Assembly (NCBI GenBank): GCA_009914755.4
Contig: CP086569.2
Span: forward strand, 15,552,001 to 15,616,000
Reading direction: 5' to 3'
Length of the DNA stretch: 64,000 nt
Origin: the human T2T-CHM13v2.0 reference genome, Homo sapiens
In this document: one piece after another, positions 1 through 14,725 of the stretch
Numbering within the stretch: the first letter of the stretch is position 1
Layout of the letters: every line of letters begins with the position of its first letter
Notes under the pieces: generated by a model
Seen by the model: the letters and a program-made list of their open reading frames with translations, nothing else
Told to the model about the DNA's origin: nothing
The model's database searches: none
Position numbers and translations under genes: made by a program

Positions 1-114
1 GAGACGGGGTTTCTCCATGTTAGCCAGGATGGTCTCGATCTCCTGACCTCATGATCCACCCACCTCGGCCTCCCAAAGTGTTGGTATTACAGGTGTGAGC
101 CACCGCACCTGGCC
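1..114 (-). mobile_element. Alu SINE fragment (left monomer, antisense), truncated by window edge
   Basis: Reads as reverse complement of Alu 5' arm: ...ggcctcccaaagtgttggtattacaggtgtgagccaccgcacctggcc. Confidence 0.9.
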
Positions 115-440
115 TGAAATATTTTTTAATCCAAATATAAACAGATACTCCTTTCTGCCATTAATAAACAATTAGGGAAAAAAAAAGATAAAAGCCTGTT
201 TTTAAGACCATTGTCCATATGGCTTACACAAGATAACTTCCTGAAGTGACCTCTAAGACGAAATAGTTGCAAAGTATTTCTGTGTTCAATTAAATTAAAG
301 CGTGGGCAAAAAGAAATTATTAGTTGTAGATATTTAAAATCAAATCAGTTTAAACAAAACACTGTCAACACAGCAGCCAAAGAACATAATCAATCAAAAG
401 ATGAATAAATATACACAGTTATACAGCACTACTACTACAT

Positions 441-800
441 AATGATGATTATGATGGTGATGATGAGGATGGTGATGAGGAGGATGGTGATGATGGTGAT
501 GATGATGATGGTTATGATGATGGTGATGGTGATAATATGGTTGATGAGGATGGTAAAAGTGTTGGTGATTTTGATGATGTTGGTGTAGAGGATGGTGAAG
601 CCATGCTAATATGTTGATGCTGATGGTGATGATGGTGTTGGTGATGAGGATGCTGAAGGTTACGGTGATGATGACCAGATGACGATGGTGCTGCTGATGA
701 CAGTGATGATGGTGATGGTCATGATGATGACAGCAATGAAGATAACAAATACTGTGATGATTGTTTTGGTGATAATAGTAATAACTGTAGTGATGGCCTG
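441..800. repeat. Imperfect hexamer/trimer array (GATGGT/GATGAT/GATGAG)n, ~360 bp
   Basis: Continuous gatggtgatgatgaggatggtgatgagg... runs; the minus-strand 171-aa His-rich ORF 394..909 is its translation. Confidence 0.85.
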
Positions 801-2784
801 TTTCTACATTGCAATCTCTATTTCTCCCCCAGTCTCCATACAAACAGAACCACCTTAGAGACATTTCAAACTTACCATATTCAAAATGCAGCTGCTGCTT
901 TTGATACAATGAATGCCCTTCTGTCGCATTTTTACTATCTTAGGAGAATTCACACCATCTCCTCATCATTTAATGAGCCAAATGTGCTAGCTGCTGATCC
1001 ATGTGTCTGAATGGCTGCCTTGAGGAATTGGGGTCCTACAGTGAGCAGCAATGCTGGACTAGGGCAAGGATGAATAAAGAAGGGATGAGTTCAAGTTGTT
1101 GGGGGAAAACAGGGCAGCCAACTCTATCTGGAGCTCTCAGATGGGCTTAGTGTTGGTGAAGATATTTCCAAAGACATTTTGAAGACTTGGAGGTATGTTA
1201 TCAGGCAGAACAGAGCTTCTAACTAAGAGCAATTTTGGACCTGCTGTACAGGACAGCCTCCAACCCACACAATGATCTGGCCCCTAATGTGAACATTACT
1301 GAGGTAGAGATAACATGAGGTAGACTATAGAAGTCTATAGAAAAAGAGAATCTGAGCAAATTGTGCTAGGGGAACACTGAAGAATGTGGAGCAATTGAAC
1401 AAATGCCTGTGCAGACATATTGGTACAAAATTGCAATGGAGCACCAATGGGACAGGAAAAAGGGACAAGTCCTACAATATACAGTTCTTGACCATCCCTG
1501 AAGTGCACCAAAGCTACAGAAGTTGGTGTGCGTGAATTGTCTCATTGATCCTGTTTGGTAATTACCATGTTGACTGCTGGAGTCCCATGAAGGAACATTT
1601 TTAAGCAGCAAAGTGACAAGCTCTGATTTGCATTTTGAGATTAATGACTCAGACAACCAGTTATTTGTTAACTTGCTGGATTCAGCCTAGGAAGACATCT
1701 AGAGGGTGTAATTTGATTTATTTTGCAGAGGGATGATTGGCCTCTACATTATCTTGGTACACTGCCTGAATTTCTGAACACCACAGAATTATGTATTTGG
1801 CATATGGCCATCTCATTTCTAAGACCCATCAAAGATGTGAGAATGGATTAGATGTGGAACAAGTTGAAGATTAGATTAGTTTATCAGATGATTAGCATGC
1901 CATGCTAATTTATCAAGACATGGGATATTTAAAGAAGGGGAGAGTAACATATGTATGTAACATATAGAGGGAAGATAGGAGACCTTTGTCTCAATTTCTT
2001 TTTTCATAATGAATCAGTAAACCTATTGGTAGATAAAGTTTAGTTTTAATTCTGCTTTCTAAGTTAGGCTGCAAAATATTTTTTATCAGTACTCTCTGAA
2101 ACTGACTGTCATGTCAAGACTCTAAAAGAGTATCCATAGTTATATTTAAAAATAAAATATCATCTTTTCATCTTATGTAGAACAACGTCTGTTTACTACT
2201 GCTTGGAATACAAAGAGGAATTTAGCTGTGGCCATTAGAAAGTGACAAACAGTGTTTCTTCCACTATGCCATAATTATAGTGAGAGGAAAGCATCAAAAA
2301 GAAAGTTCTTTTATATACAGTTGGCACAAAAATATTCACATATGTAAATAATATAAATAATGCACCATAAAAAGAAAACCTTCCATTACTATTAACAAAA
2401 TTAATCAGTTGTCATTACCATGGGATTTAGGATACATCTTACATGTTCTTGGTTAGATTCATGAGTCAAAGAATAATGCCCAATTGATGAAAGTGGGCTG
2501 TAATTTTGTGCTTTTAAAACAATGGCCTCTGGCCAAATATGGGCAAAATAAACAACATTTGATTTATTACTTTACACTGATTTCTTGCATCCTGCTGGAA
2601 AAGAGAGATGACTTACAATTATAACATATTTTTCCTGCAAGATTAACATCATTGTTGCCAGTTTTATAGAAGAAGCAGGAAAGTGGGCTTGCAATGATTT
2701 ATTATGAATGCATGAAACAATTAATGCTACTAGCAACAGAGTTTTAATAGGAAAAAGTTAAAGCACACAGTATTAAAAATAAAA

Positions 2785-3120
2785 GGGGCTGGGTGCAGTG
2801 GCTCATGCCTGTAATCCTAGCAGTTTGGGAGGCCCAGGCGGGCAGATCAAGACCAGCGTGACTAAAATGGTTAAACCCATCTCCACTAAAAATACAAAAA
2901 TTAGCTGGGCATGGTGGTACATGCCCGTAATCCCAGCTACTCAGGAGGCTTGAGGCAGGAAAATTGCTTGAACTTGGGAGGTAGAAGTTGCAGTAAGCCG
3001 AGATGACACCACTGCATTTTAGCCTGGGCAACAGAGCAAGACTTCATCTCAATAAATAAATAAACAAATAAACAAACAGAGCAAGACTTCATCTCAAGAA
3101 ATAAAAAAATAAAATAAAAG
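2785..3120 (+). mobile_element. Alu SINE, full length, with A-rich tail containing an internal 22-bp duplication
   Basis: ggctgggtgcagtggctcatgcctgtaatcc...gcctgggcaacagagcaagacttcatctcaa; flanking TSD approx aaaataaaaggg. Confidence 0.9.
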
Positions 3121-3357
3121 GGAAAAGTTGGTATCAAAATTGTGTCTGATTTAGGCAAGGTTTATACCTCCATGGATGGCTTTTTCATAACAATAATTGT
3201 ATTGACATTGGGGGCTTTTCCGTGTTTCAGAGATTTTCATGTGGATTTCCAATATGGTAAAATATATAATATTGTTATATGAGGGAGTGATGGAAAATCC
3301 CATCAACGTTGGCATTTTTTAGAAAGAAAAGAAGCTTAGGGAATATTTTAATGATTT

Positions 3358-3663
3358 GGGGCTAGGTCTGGGGGGGTTCATGCCTGTAATTCCAGTGTTT
3401 TGAGAGGCTAAGGAGGGAGAATGATTTGAGCTCTGCATGTTTGAGACATCATAGGCAACATAGCAAAGCCTCATCTCTACAAAAAACAAAAAGTGAGCTG
3501 AGTGTGATGGCAAGCATGTGCTGGCAATCTCACCTACTAGGGGAGGCTGAGGTGAGAGAATCACTTGAGCCCAGGAATGCCAGGCTTCAGTAAACTGTAA
3601 TCACATCACTGCACTCTGGACTGAGCAACAGAGCAAGAACCTGTCTCAAAAAAAAAAAAAAAA
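3358..3663 (+). mobile_element. Alu SINE (diverged, older subfamily), with poly-A tail
   Basis: ggctaggtctggggg..ttcatgcctgtaattccag...gagcaagaacctgtctcaaaaaaaaaaaaaaaa. Confidence 0.9.
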
Positions 3664-4854
3664 TTGATATTTTCTTTCCCCCACAGTTGTCATATACAAT
3701 GAAAACTGTATATTTAAGCCAAAATAGGTTTTGTAAACATTTAACTATTAAAAAAGAGTCAGGCTTGCACATAGATACATGATATTGCTTTGATTTCTTC
3801 AGTTTTCACCTGCCCTGGTATGAGACCCATGAAGTAAGCATTCTTCTGGGCACAGAAATTATACTCCTAAACGTATTATTTATTAATATATAATGGAAAG
3901 AGAAACATTTCAAAAATAAAGACAAATTAAGCTTTAATGAAAAGCAATCATACACTGATGAATTTAAAGTTTTGGAGCAAATACTATTGTGTTTGATATC
4001 TATTAGTCTATTTAACTAGTGAAATATGAGCAACGCAAAATCAAACATCAATAGAAGGTTCCAACTAAGCTTGTTTCTCATATGGTTTCTCTGCCAGTTC
4101 AGACCTCAAGAGTACCTCCTGTCTACAAAGTAGACTCTCTGCCCCACACACTGATTTCCAGCCTTTTCTGTTTCATGGGGTGACTTGCTGACCTTCTATG
4201 CATGGGTAATAGTACTCTGTTGACAGGCAAGAGTTGTGTCTTCCACTTGGGTCTTCTAATCTGCTAAAGAAAGCAACACACAAAATATAGCTTACAATAA
4301 TTATCTGTCAAATTTACGTCAATCACAATGTGGATGGTAGATCAGTGGTTTCTCTTATGTCTTGAAAGGAAGACTTCAATTTTCTCTGCAGCCGTGGTAC
4401 TTTATAAATTATTTCCTCTTCCGTCTTTTAAAAGTCACTCTTATTTACCACCCCATTAGCCACGGATTCAGTGAAATGCCCACGCATGCAGTGTTGGAGT
4501 CACACATTATTTCAGAAGACCACACAGCAGTAGGTAGTATTAAATAAATGTCTGAAATGTGAGCCAGGAATGTGTTTTTACTGGACTGTCATTTTCTTGC
4601 AGGCTCATTTGTATAATTCACTCCAGTGCATCTCAGTTTTATTTCCTATTATGCAAAATAGAAGATAATGATAGGTTAGCACATTCTCTGCTGATACTAT
4701 TTACATTCGTGTAAATAGATATTGCTAGGGGTGTGTGCCTCAGACTATCCCATCCTTCATAGGGCCCCATGTTTCAATTTTCTAATAACCCATCTAAGAC
4801 ACCTAGGCACACAGGGGAGAATACTCTGATTTAAACAGTCCACCATAAGCCATA

Positions 4855-4975
4855 CACAGTGGTGCACCATGTGGTCCCAGCTACTCAAGAGGCTGAGGCC
4901 AAGATCAGATGAGCTCAGGAGTTCAACACCAGCCTGGGCAGTATAGCAAAAGCCTATCTCTAAAAAATAAAAATA
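4855..4975 (+). mobile_element. Alu-family monomer (FLAM/FRAM-like) fragment
   Basis: gtggtcccagctactcaagaggctgaggc...ggagttcaacaccagcctgggcagtatagcaaaagcctatctctaaaaaataaaaataaa. Confidence 0.6.
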
Positions 4976-7599
4976 AACTCACCACTCTGAGTTTTACATG
5001 TTGTAAAAATCTCCCACTGGCTCCCGTCTATTATGCCTGGTTTAGTTTGAAACAAAATCATTAGTTTTAATGTAGCAAAATTCCATCGACATATTTTTCT
5101 TTATAAGAGCTTCTCCTAAGTAGCACCTGTTAGAGAAATCCTGTTCTACCCCAACATCTAAAAAACATTTTCCTGCACATTTTTCTATAAGCATCAGAAT
5201 TTCATTGTTCATGCAGACATTTTTAATCTATGCAGAGCATATTTTTATATATGGAGTTAGGTAGGGATCTCATTTTTTTTTCCTGCAGTAAGGAAGCATT
5301 GCTTTTGACACATGAAAGAAACAAGGTATTTTTTCCCAGTATTTGTTGTGTCAGCCAGGGTCCTGATAGGAAAAGATGGAATGCAACTTGAGAAATATAA
5401 TAAAGATGGGGACAGTATATAGGGCACCGACACAGGGTAGTGGAGCCCTTATGTGAAGTTGCTGATACCCACTGAGGTTGAACTGGACCTACCTACGAGG
5501 GAGGGAACTGGATTTCATATACATAGGCCTTACTCGCCTTCTGTCCTCCAGATTACCTACTAGTATCTTCCTTGGCTGAAACCAAGGGACAGCCAGAAGG
5601 CAAGAGTGAACTCACTTATTTACCTTCCACAGTACAGAATAGTGGAGATGAGAAAGAGTAAATCTGGAAGGGGCCAGATCCCGCCCCACCCCCCACAAAA
5701 ATACAAGTTTTAAAATTAATCATATATACATCAGCCAATCCTAGGGCTTTATATTTGGCCCTGTTCATTTGCTGATCTGTTTCTGCAAGATGAAGAATGA
5801 CTCAAATATTACAAATGACATATGTTTTCCATCTTCAACATTCCCCTTGCTTTTGGTAGAATTTATTCTTTCATGTACATTATGGAATCGATGTGTCAAA
5901 GTGTGCAACATTCTTCTGTCTTTGCTGGGAATTGTATTTATTTAAAAGTTGGTTTGAGGAAAAATAAACATCTTCTAAGCTTATGTTATCTCACTTGTAA
6001 ACTGGCATAGTTTATTACTTGTTGAGATCTGATCATAGCTTTATTAAATACTTTAAGCATTATGTATTAATTAATTATTATTAGTAGTATTTTGCAATTG
6101 ATACCTTCAATTACATTTTGTACTCCTGGTATAAAATAATGTTGTTTTTTTACATTGATGAAATGTTCAACCATCCTTTTGGATTTTCTATTATTTGTAG
6201 CAGCTTTTCTGTTAAATTACATAATTTCCACAAAAATGGTGACATTATCTGCAAATAATGACCATTTTCTCTCTTTCCTTTTAATACTTGTAAATTTTAA
6301 ATCCTTTCTAACTTCTACCATTGTATGACCCATTGACATCTGGTGTGAGGATGAATGCTATTGGTACAAAATTTTATTCCCATTCATGATTTTACAGGAA
6401 ATGGGTCTAACATCTTTTTTGTAAATACAATGTCAAGGAGAGATTTTTGACATACAGTCATTTTCAAATAATATGAATTTCTTGTAATTACCATTTATTT
6501 TCTAAGTTTTTAAAATGCTTTCTTTTGATCATACATATTGATTATTGCCAAATAAGCAGTTGGCATTTCTACAGCCGCTTATACAGCTGCTTATATCATA
6601 AAAGAATTATAATTATTCTTCATAATTAGTGTGCTTTTATAATTAATAGATTTATAAGGTATCTATTCAATTTAGAAAAAACAAATTTTTCATCATAATA
6701 GGAACAAAATGGCCTCTCGTGTTATAGTGGAATATATTGTATATTCTAAAAATAGCCACTATTCTACTAAGTTTAGTTTGTAAATATTCACTTAGGATGT
6801 CTACATCTACATTCATAAGTGAATTTGATTTATAATTTTATGATGTTAAACACTCTATACTTTTGATATGAATGTTAAACTATCCATACAAAAGGATTTT
6901 GATAGCTTTATTTAATTTTATATTTTCTGCAGAAAACTTCAATACATAGGATTATTAAAAATTTTCTGAAAATTATCTTGGGTGACAAGTTTTTGTGTGG
7001 GAGATTTTTAGTTACCCTTTCAATACTACTAATAGTTTTTAGTTTAAGTTTATTTCTTCGTGTAATGTTGCTTTTTTCTTGACGATTTCAATTTAGCTTT
7101 TTAATATCAGGTTTTATACTGTTAAAATATTATTTTGTATTTTTTATATTTTGATTTACTTGGTGTTTTAAAAGTGATTTTCCTCTTTTCCTTTAAAGAC
7201 TATTTGTTTTCTTAATTTGTCTCCCTTCCTTGGTCAGTCTTGGCAGAAGTTTGTTTATATTATAAAGCTTTTCAATAAACTAGTTTTCATTTTGGTAATT
7301 ATATCAACTCTTTTTTCTCTATTTCACTAATTTCTGCTCCTATCTTGATTATATCCTATTTTCAGATTTATTTGTATTTATTCTGTTTTCTCTTCTTCCT
7401 GCCCTCTTCTTGACTTGTCTCCATGGCTTCTTTATTTCCAATTATTCTTGTTGCCTTGTAAAGGTATTTGAAGTTTTAATTGTCCCTTTAAGCACATCTT
7501 CAATCTCATCTGACAAATTTTCACATGTGACATTTGAATGATCCTTGGTTTCCAACTATTTTTGTTTATATTGTATCATAAAAGCATGTGCACACACCC

Positions 7600-7960
7600 A
7601 CACACAAACAAATACATATATGCAAACTAATGACAGAATACTAAACATATATATGTTTATATGTGTGTAAACATAGATATGTGTATATATATATATGTTT
7701 AGTGTTCTGTGTCCATAGCTTTCAAGCACACACCAAATGTTTACAAAATCTACCTTTCAAAAAGATACAGCAGCATACAGCATTGTATTCTATGACCATA
7801 ATTCAATAGAATTAGAAATCAATAGTAAAAAGCGTTCAAAATAATGATAGAACACTAAACATATATGTACATTTACATGTACATACATGTTTACGTGTGT
7901 GTGTGTGTATATATATATATCTGTGTTCTGTGTGTGTGTGAGAGTGTGTGATTTGAGGTG
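7600..7960. repeat. Compound (CA/TG)n and (TA)n microsatellites present as two similar blocks ~220 bp apart (local duplication)
   Basis: cacacacccacacacaaacaaatacatatatg...gtgtatatatatatatgtttagtgttctgtg, then again ...gtgtgtgtgtgtatatatatatatctgtgttctgtgtgtgtgtg; both blocks preceded by 'aga[a/ac]actaaacatatat'. Confidence 0.7.
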
Positions 7961-8045
7961 CATATATTTCCATAGATAGCCACCGGATCACACATGTCAG
8001 TTATTTCAGTCTTCTATATCTTATTTATTTTTGGGGTGGCAGGTG

Positions 8046-8187
8046 GGGGACTCTGTCTCACTCTCTCGCTGGAATGCAGTCACTCAGTCTCGGCTAACTG
8101 CAATCTCTGCCTCCTGGGTTCAAGTTATTCTCATGCCTCAGCCTTCCAAGTAGCTAGGATTACAGGTGCACACCACCATACCTGGCT
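8046..8187 (-). mobile_element. Alu SINE, right-arm half of an older Alu that is split by a nested Alu
   Basis: ggggactctgtctcactctctcgctggaatgcagtcactcagtctcggctaactgcaatctctgcctcctgggttcaagttattctcatgcctcagccttccaagtagctaggattacaggtgcacaccaccatacctggctaa. Confidence 0.85.
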
Positions 8188-8492
<305 letters not shown>

Positions 8493-8624
8493 AACTTTTG
8501 TATTTTTAGTAGAGACGGTTTCACTGTGTTGGCCAGGCTGGCCTGAACTCCTGACCTCAAGGGATCCACCTGCCTTGTCCTCCCAAAGTGCTGGAATTAT
8601 AGGTATGAGTCACGATTTGTGGCC
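8493..8624 (-). mobile_element. Alu SINE, left-arm half of the split older Alu (continues 8046-8187)
   Basis: aacttttgtatttttagtagagacggtttcactgtgttggccaggctggcctgaactcctgacctcaagggatccacctgccttgtcctcccaaagtgctggaattataggtatgagtcacgatttgtggcc. Confidence 0.85.
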
Positions 8625-10507
8625 TGTATCTTCAATTAGATTTTGTCTTATAAGTTCATCACACCAAGAATGTTGAGTTTTATTCTCTTGTAACATTTCA
8701 TCTTATCGTTCCTTTGTCTGGTATATTTAATGCATATGGATATACTATGTTATATATATAGTATGTATGTATAAACATGTACTTACCTTTTACATGTTTT
8801 CAAGCTTATTAGGAAGTTATATGAAAGTGTCAGTTGTACCTTTTTAATCTTCCATTCCTTTTCTACTATTTATTATCTATTATTGATATTTATGATTTTG
8901 GTTTGATACTAAATTTGCTTACTATGATTTTTTCTTTACATATTTCTTACATTTAAAATTTTTAGTCTCTTCCTGTTCGTGTATCTGTTTGTTTTAAATA
9001 TATCTGTTTTCAACAATATGTTGCTAAATGTATTTTAATCACATTTTATCTGTTTATCCTAATTATATTTCTGCAGTTATCATTATTATAGATTTCATTT
9101 CTGCCACTTTGTTTTATATTTTATATGTATCAATCATGCTTTTTAAACTTTAACTTTTTTTTTTTCCTGACTTCCAGTGTATAATTTTAAAAGTTTCTCT
9201 TACTGACCTCATTATTATACTCCTTTTTTGCTGACCTCATTATTATACTCTTTTTTTATGATTTTTTTTCCTCCTTATAGTTTGGATTCATCAAATTTCC
9301 TGTTTTATGTTGCACTTATATTCTAATGAAGATACATCGATTCTTCTTATTGGCTATCAAACTTTTCAGTATCCACAATTTTCCTCAGAATAAGCTATAG
9401 ATTTAAGATTTTCTCAACTCTTTGGCATCTCTCTCTCTCAATCACCCCACACTGTGTTAGATTCTAAGGGAATTTGGGCTGTAGATCATGTTAAAATTTG
9501 ATTTTAGAATATTGTGTCTTTGGAGTAATGTCTTGTCATTACTTGTATTATACTGCTGTATTCTGGGTTTATTTCTCTCCTTCCTTGCAGAAATACGTTG
9601 TTTCAAGATTTCTAAGAATTAAATAGATTTGGATTTAAGCTATCATTTAAATAATAGTTTGGCTGGACATAAAACCTAGGCAGATCTTTTTTCCCCTGCA
9701 CTTGCTGGGGATGAGAAGCCACTGCTTTTTGTATCCTACACTGCTTTGTTGTTACCCCGATTTTCAATCCATTGCACATCACCTGCTTTTTCTCATTGGA
9801 AGAATTAGACTTACTTTGTTTATATTTGAGATACTCAAAAATCAGAATTTAGTTTTGCTTTTTTCTGTTTTAAATCAACCTGTTCCTTACTTTATGAGAA
9901 CTTTCCATTTTAAGCCTTTTTTTTTTTTTTTTTCCCTCTCATCCTGGGAACTTCTCAGCCTTTCTGCCTAATGTAGTTCTTGCTAACCTTTTTCTCTTTG
10001 TTCTCTTTCTGGGTCTTTTTTTTATAGGACTGGCAACACTTCTACTTCCATCTTCCATACTTCAGCATTTGGAGGATGTTTTTCCTCCATTTTTCATCCC
10101 GGATCCATTTTGGGAAAGTGTCTCTCTGTCTTTTGCCACCAATATGCATTGTTTGTAGGTATCTTTCCATTTCAGCCTGTTCTTTGTGCTCTCCACTTCA
10201 ACAATTTCATTTCTCCTCCCCAGTTTCTCATGTGACTTCCTTTGACACCCTTTGTTCCAACTTTATATCTCTATAATTGTCTCTCTGTCCATTGGACGGA
10301 TATTTAATCTACTTATTTTGAGTCCCATGTTGTTTGCTTGGGTCATTTGATAGTTGTTGTTATTTCATATATGATGTTACATTTGTTTAAGTGTTTTGCT
10401 TTTTGACTGGCTCTGAAGTATTTCTTGGGAGTTTTTTGTTGTCGTTGAGGACAGTAGATATCTTGGAAGATAATGAGTATCCAATGGCCAGTCAAAAGCC
10501 CACCCTC

Positions 10508-10603
10508 AGCTGGGCATGGTGGCTCATGCCTGTAATCCTGGTACTTTGGGAGGCTGAGGCGGGCAGATCACCCGAGGTCAAGAGTTTGAGGCCAGCCTGA
10601 TCA
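10508..10603 (+). mobile_element. Alu left-monomer fragment
   Basis: agctgggcatggtggctcatgcctgtaatcctggtactttgggaggctgaggcgggcagatcacccgaggtcaagagtttgaggccagcctgatcaacat. Confidence 0.8.
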
Positions 10604-10948
10604 ACATATCATTAAATTAGAGCTTTAAGTTATATCACTGATTTCATATGCCAGGGAAAATTGTAGGATGTGGCTTACAAGGCAATCTCACAAGAAGTAT
10701 GACTTTTGTCTTATAAACAACAACCCAACCTTGGAGTTTGTTCCAGTAAATTTCATAAATATAAAATAAACTATATAAATAAAGTAACTAATATCCTACT
10801 AAGTCTTTTCCCTCACACATGCTTTTTTTGCCTAAAGCCATTTAAAGTCTCTGAGGATTTAAATCTATAATTCTGTCATGGAGTGGTAGAAACCCAGAGA
10901 ATATACAAACGTTGAAAAACTTTAAGAGTCACTGGTTTAACAGAAGTT

Positions 10949-11279
10949 GGCTGGGCTTACTGGCTCACGCTTCTAAACCCAGCACTTTGAGATGCGTAGC
11001 TGGGCAGATTACTTGAGGGCAAGAGTTTGATACCAGCCTGGCCAACATGATGAAACCTGTCTCTACTAAAAATACAAAAATTAGCTCGGTGTGGGGGTGC
11101 AGGCCTGTAGTCCTAGCTACTTTGGAGGTTGAGGCAGGAGAATTGCTTGAATCTAGGGGTCTGAGTTTGCAGTGCCCCGAGATCACAGCAATGCACTTCC
11201 AGCCTGGTGCAACAGAGTGAGACTCCATCACAAAAAAAACAAAAAACAAAATGACAACAACAACAACAAAAAAAAAAAC
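10949..11279 (+). mobile_element. Alu SINE, full length, with A/CAA-rich tail
   Basis: ggctgggcttactggctcacgcttctaaacccagcactttgag...ccagcctggtgcaacagagtgagactccatcacaaaaaaaacaaaaaacaaaatgacaacaacaac; possible TSD aacagaa. Confidence 0.9.
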
Positions 11280-12546
11280 AGTAAAACAGAAATAGATCTA
11301 ATTTTTCAGACTAGAGTCACTCAGATATGGATGGATAAGTCCATCCACTATTTGTGTATTAAGCTTTTTTTTTTTTTTTTTGAAACAAGTGTATTCACAC
11401 TTGGATTGACTGTTAATATTCACTCCAAACTAGGACATTGCAAAGAACCCTTAGGATGTTATAATTCTAGGCATTTTTATAGTCTCAGAATTTCAGATGT
11501 ATTGCAATGTTGTAATTTTTTATAGTTTCTTGTCTTTCTGTAACACCTAGTAAGTTCAAAAACTCGAACTATAGGTTTTCTTGATAAATACCAGCGTCAC
11601 TGCTTTCTATGTTTATATTTTTCTTTTAATACATGAACTGAGTTAAAAATTAAATATACATATGTAAATTATTCTTTTGAAAAAATATTACTTATAATAG
11701 TTTTTAAAATACATGTTTATTTAATTTTAGATTTCTGCTAAATTTGTGAAGATTGTGGAAAGGATTTTCCTTATACCCCACCCTTGAATTTCCCTTCTAT
11801 AAATATCTTAAACATCATTATTATACATTTGACACTATTAATGAGCCAATATGTACAATTTTTTTTTGACTAAAGCCCACTCATTCTTCAGATTTCTTTG
11901 GTATTTTCATTCTGTCTTTTTCCTTTCCTCAAACCCCACCCCAGATCCCACATTACATTTAGCGGTCATGTCTCCTTGGGCTCCTCTTGATTGTGATGAT
12001 TTCTCCTTCTCATTTTGTCTTTCATGGCCTTAAGAGCTTAAGGAGGACTAATCAGGGGATTGGTAGACTGTCCTTTTGTTTGGGTTTGTCTGATGTTCTT
12101 CTCATGGTTATTCTGGGGCTATGGATTGTGCAGAGGAAGACCAGAGGTGAAGTGCCACTTTCCTTACTTTGTATCAAGGGCACATACTAGCACCATGACA
12201 TTGCAGTTGATACTGACCTTGATCCCATGGATGAGGTGATGTTGGCCAGATTTCCCTACTATCAAGTTACTCCTCTTGCACACACACTTTCCATATTGTA
12301 CTCTGTGAAAAGATGTCACTTTGTGCAGCCCACGCTTAAGAAATGGGGACCTGCTATTCCCCCCTGGAGGGCAGAGTATCTACAGAAATTACTTGAAATT
12401 ATTTTACATAAGAGATGTCTCTATTCTGAGCCACTCATTTACTCCCTCATTTACATATATCAGTATGGTCTTATGGATATTTATTTTATACTTCAGGTTG
12501 AAATCTAATATGATGTTGTTTATCTGCATAGATTTTGTGTTTGTTT

Positions 12547-12606
12547 TTAGTAGATATGAGGTCTCACTGCTTTGCCCAGGGTGTTCTTGAACTCCTGGCC
12601 TTAAAC
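12547..12606 (-). mobile_element. Short Alu fragment, near-identical to part of the Alu at 13178-13486
   Basis: tagtagatatgaggtctcactgctttgcccagggtgttcttgaactcctggccttaaac vs tagtaaatatgaggtctcactactttgcccagggtgttcttgaactcctggccttaaac at 13368-13428. Confidence 0.7.
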
Positions 12607-13117
12607 TTTAAAACTTTAAAAAAGAGGGATAGCTTTTTAAAAATCCTCATTTTTACTTTAGATCCAAGTGTTAAATATGCAGATATGTTACAAGGGTATA
12701 TTGTGTAATGCTGAGGTTTGGGCTTCTGTTAGGTTATTCTGTGTCCAAATAATAAGCACAGGAAGTTTTTTAGTCCTTGTCCCCCCTCAGTAACAGCTTG
12801 TAGGAAATAATTTGAGACTGATCATTTTTAATTTTTAAGCGCTGAACATGCAGTTATTTTATCTGGAAGGTAGACTAGAAAAACAAAATTATATTTGACA
12901 TTTTAGGACATAAGTGTTTTCTCATTAATCTTGATGTACACAAAGCCAGATTATCAATGTATTTGTTCATAACTCTAGCTTGTTTCATTAAAATTATTTT
13001 CCTGCAAAGAAAACGCCTTTTTGCTACCCTGAATATTTAACAATTTTTAGAATATTTTATCTTTAAGAGCTATAAACATGTTTTAATATCCCAAGGTAAG
13101 ATATGGAGATTTTTGTA

Positions 13118-13745
<628 letters not shown>

Positions 13746-14536
13746 ATACATTAGGTGTGGGGTGTTCTGGACTTGAGTGAATCTGTGTAAGTCCTTCACA
13801 TGTGCTTTGCTTTACTGCTTGGGGTAGCTATTTCTGCCTCAAACCACCTCAGAGGGCTTCAGATTTCAGTGACACACCTGTCACTTTTAACGCACATCCT
13901 TGAACCTCCGTCTGTGTGCAGATTAAGCAACAGGTGATTTTAAGGTTCAGGCCTAAGGTTTTTTTATTATTGCCTTTCATTTCCATTTCTAGTTCTTCCA
14001 AAATCCTTCAAAATGACACCTGAGAGGAGACACTCATAAACTTGTTAGCCAGGATTCCAAGGTACATAGAAGCTGTTTCTCCTGGGTGAATATTACAAAT
14101 GCCTCCAAGGGCAATTGAATTTCTTTCTGTCTTTCATGGATTTTTACTTATTGTCCAGATATGCTCCTCCTAGTGAGAGGGTCACTTCTGATTTTTCCTG
14201 CCTCCACAGAACAAGGGCTTCAGAGAGGAGACACTCTACAGCTCCTTTGTTATTAAATTATTAAATGCATTTCTAGTATGAAGGCAGCCTATTAGAAAAA
14301 TCCAGTCTGCTGCATATCTGTTTATAGGGTTTGAGCCCAGTCAAGTGAGGATGCACAGAATTCCACCATTCTGACAGCCCAGCCCCCTTGCAATTGGAAG
14401 GGTCTCCAAATTCCTTCCTTGCAGCTAGGGTTACTGGCTATGAGTGACAGCCTCTTGTGCATAGGGAGTGAGGGCGGAGAGGGACCAGCAGAGCCCTGGA
14501 ATGTCCTTTCCACTGGACATTGAGCATCTAGACAGC

Positions 14537-14725
14537 TCAGACTCTGGAATAGCTTGTACTATAGGTGCATGCTACCATGTATGGCTAATTTTTATTTTGA
14601 TTTTTGTAGACATAGGGTGTCAGTATTTTGCCCAGATTGGTCTCAAAAATCCTAACGTCAAGCGATCTTCCTGCCTTGGCCTTCCAAAGCACTGGGATTA
14701 CAAGTGTGAACCACTGTGCTTGGCC
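14537..14725 (-). mobile_element. Alu SINE fragment (5'-truncated relative to its own orientation)
   Basis: ...ggctaatttttattttgatttttgtagacatagggtgtcagtattttgcccagattggtctcaaaaatcctaacgtcaagcgatcttcctgccttggccttccaaagcactgggattacaagtgtgaaccactgtgcttggcc. Confidence 0.85.

Noticed and set aside
394-909. 171-aa His-rich ORF (minus strand) as a possible metal-binding or histidine-rich protein gene
   Set aside because: It is the direct translation of the (GATGGT/GATGAT)n hexamer array. It has no promoter or splice context, a composition-only signal, and lies in a eukaryotic intron-like setting.
5640-5700. GC/CpG-containing patch (ccgccccacccccc) as a CpG island or promoter
   Set aside because: It is only ~30 bp, and the surrounding DNA is AT-rich with no CpG clustering. 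No CpG island is present anywhere in the window, as the other CpGs sit inside Alus.
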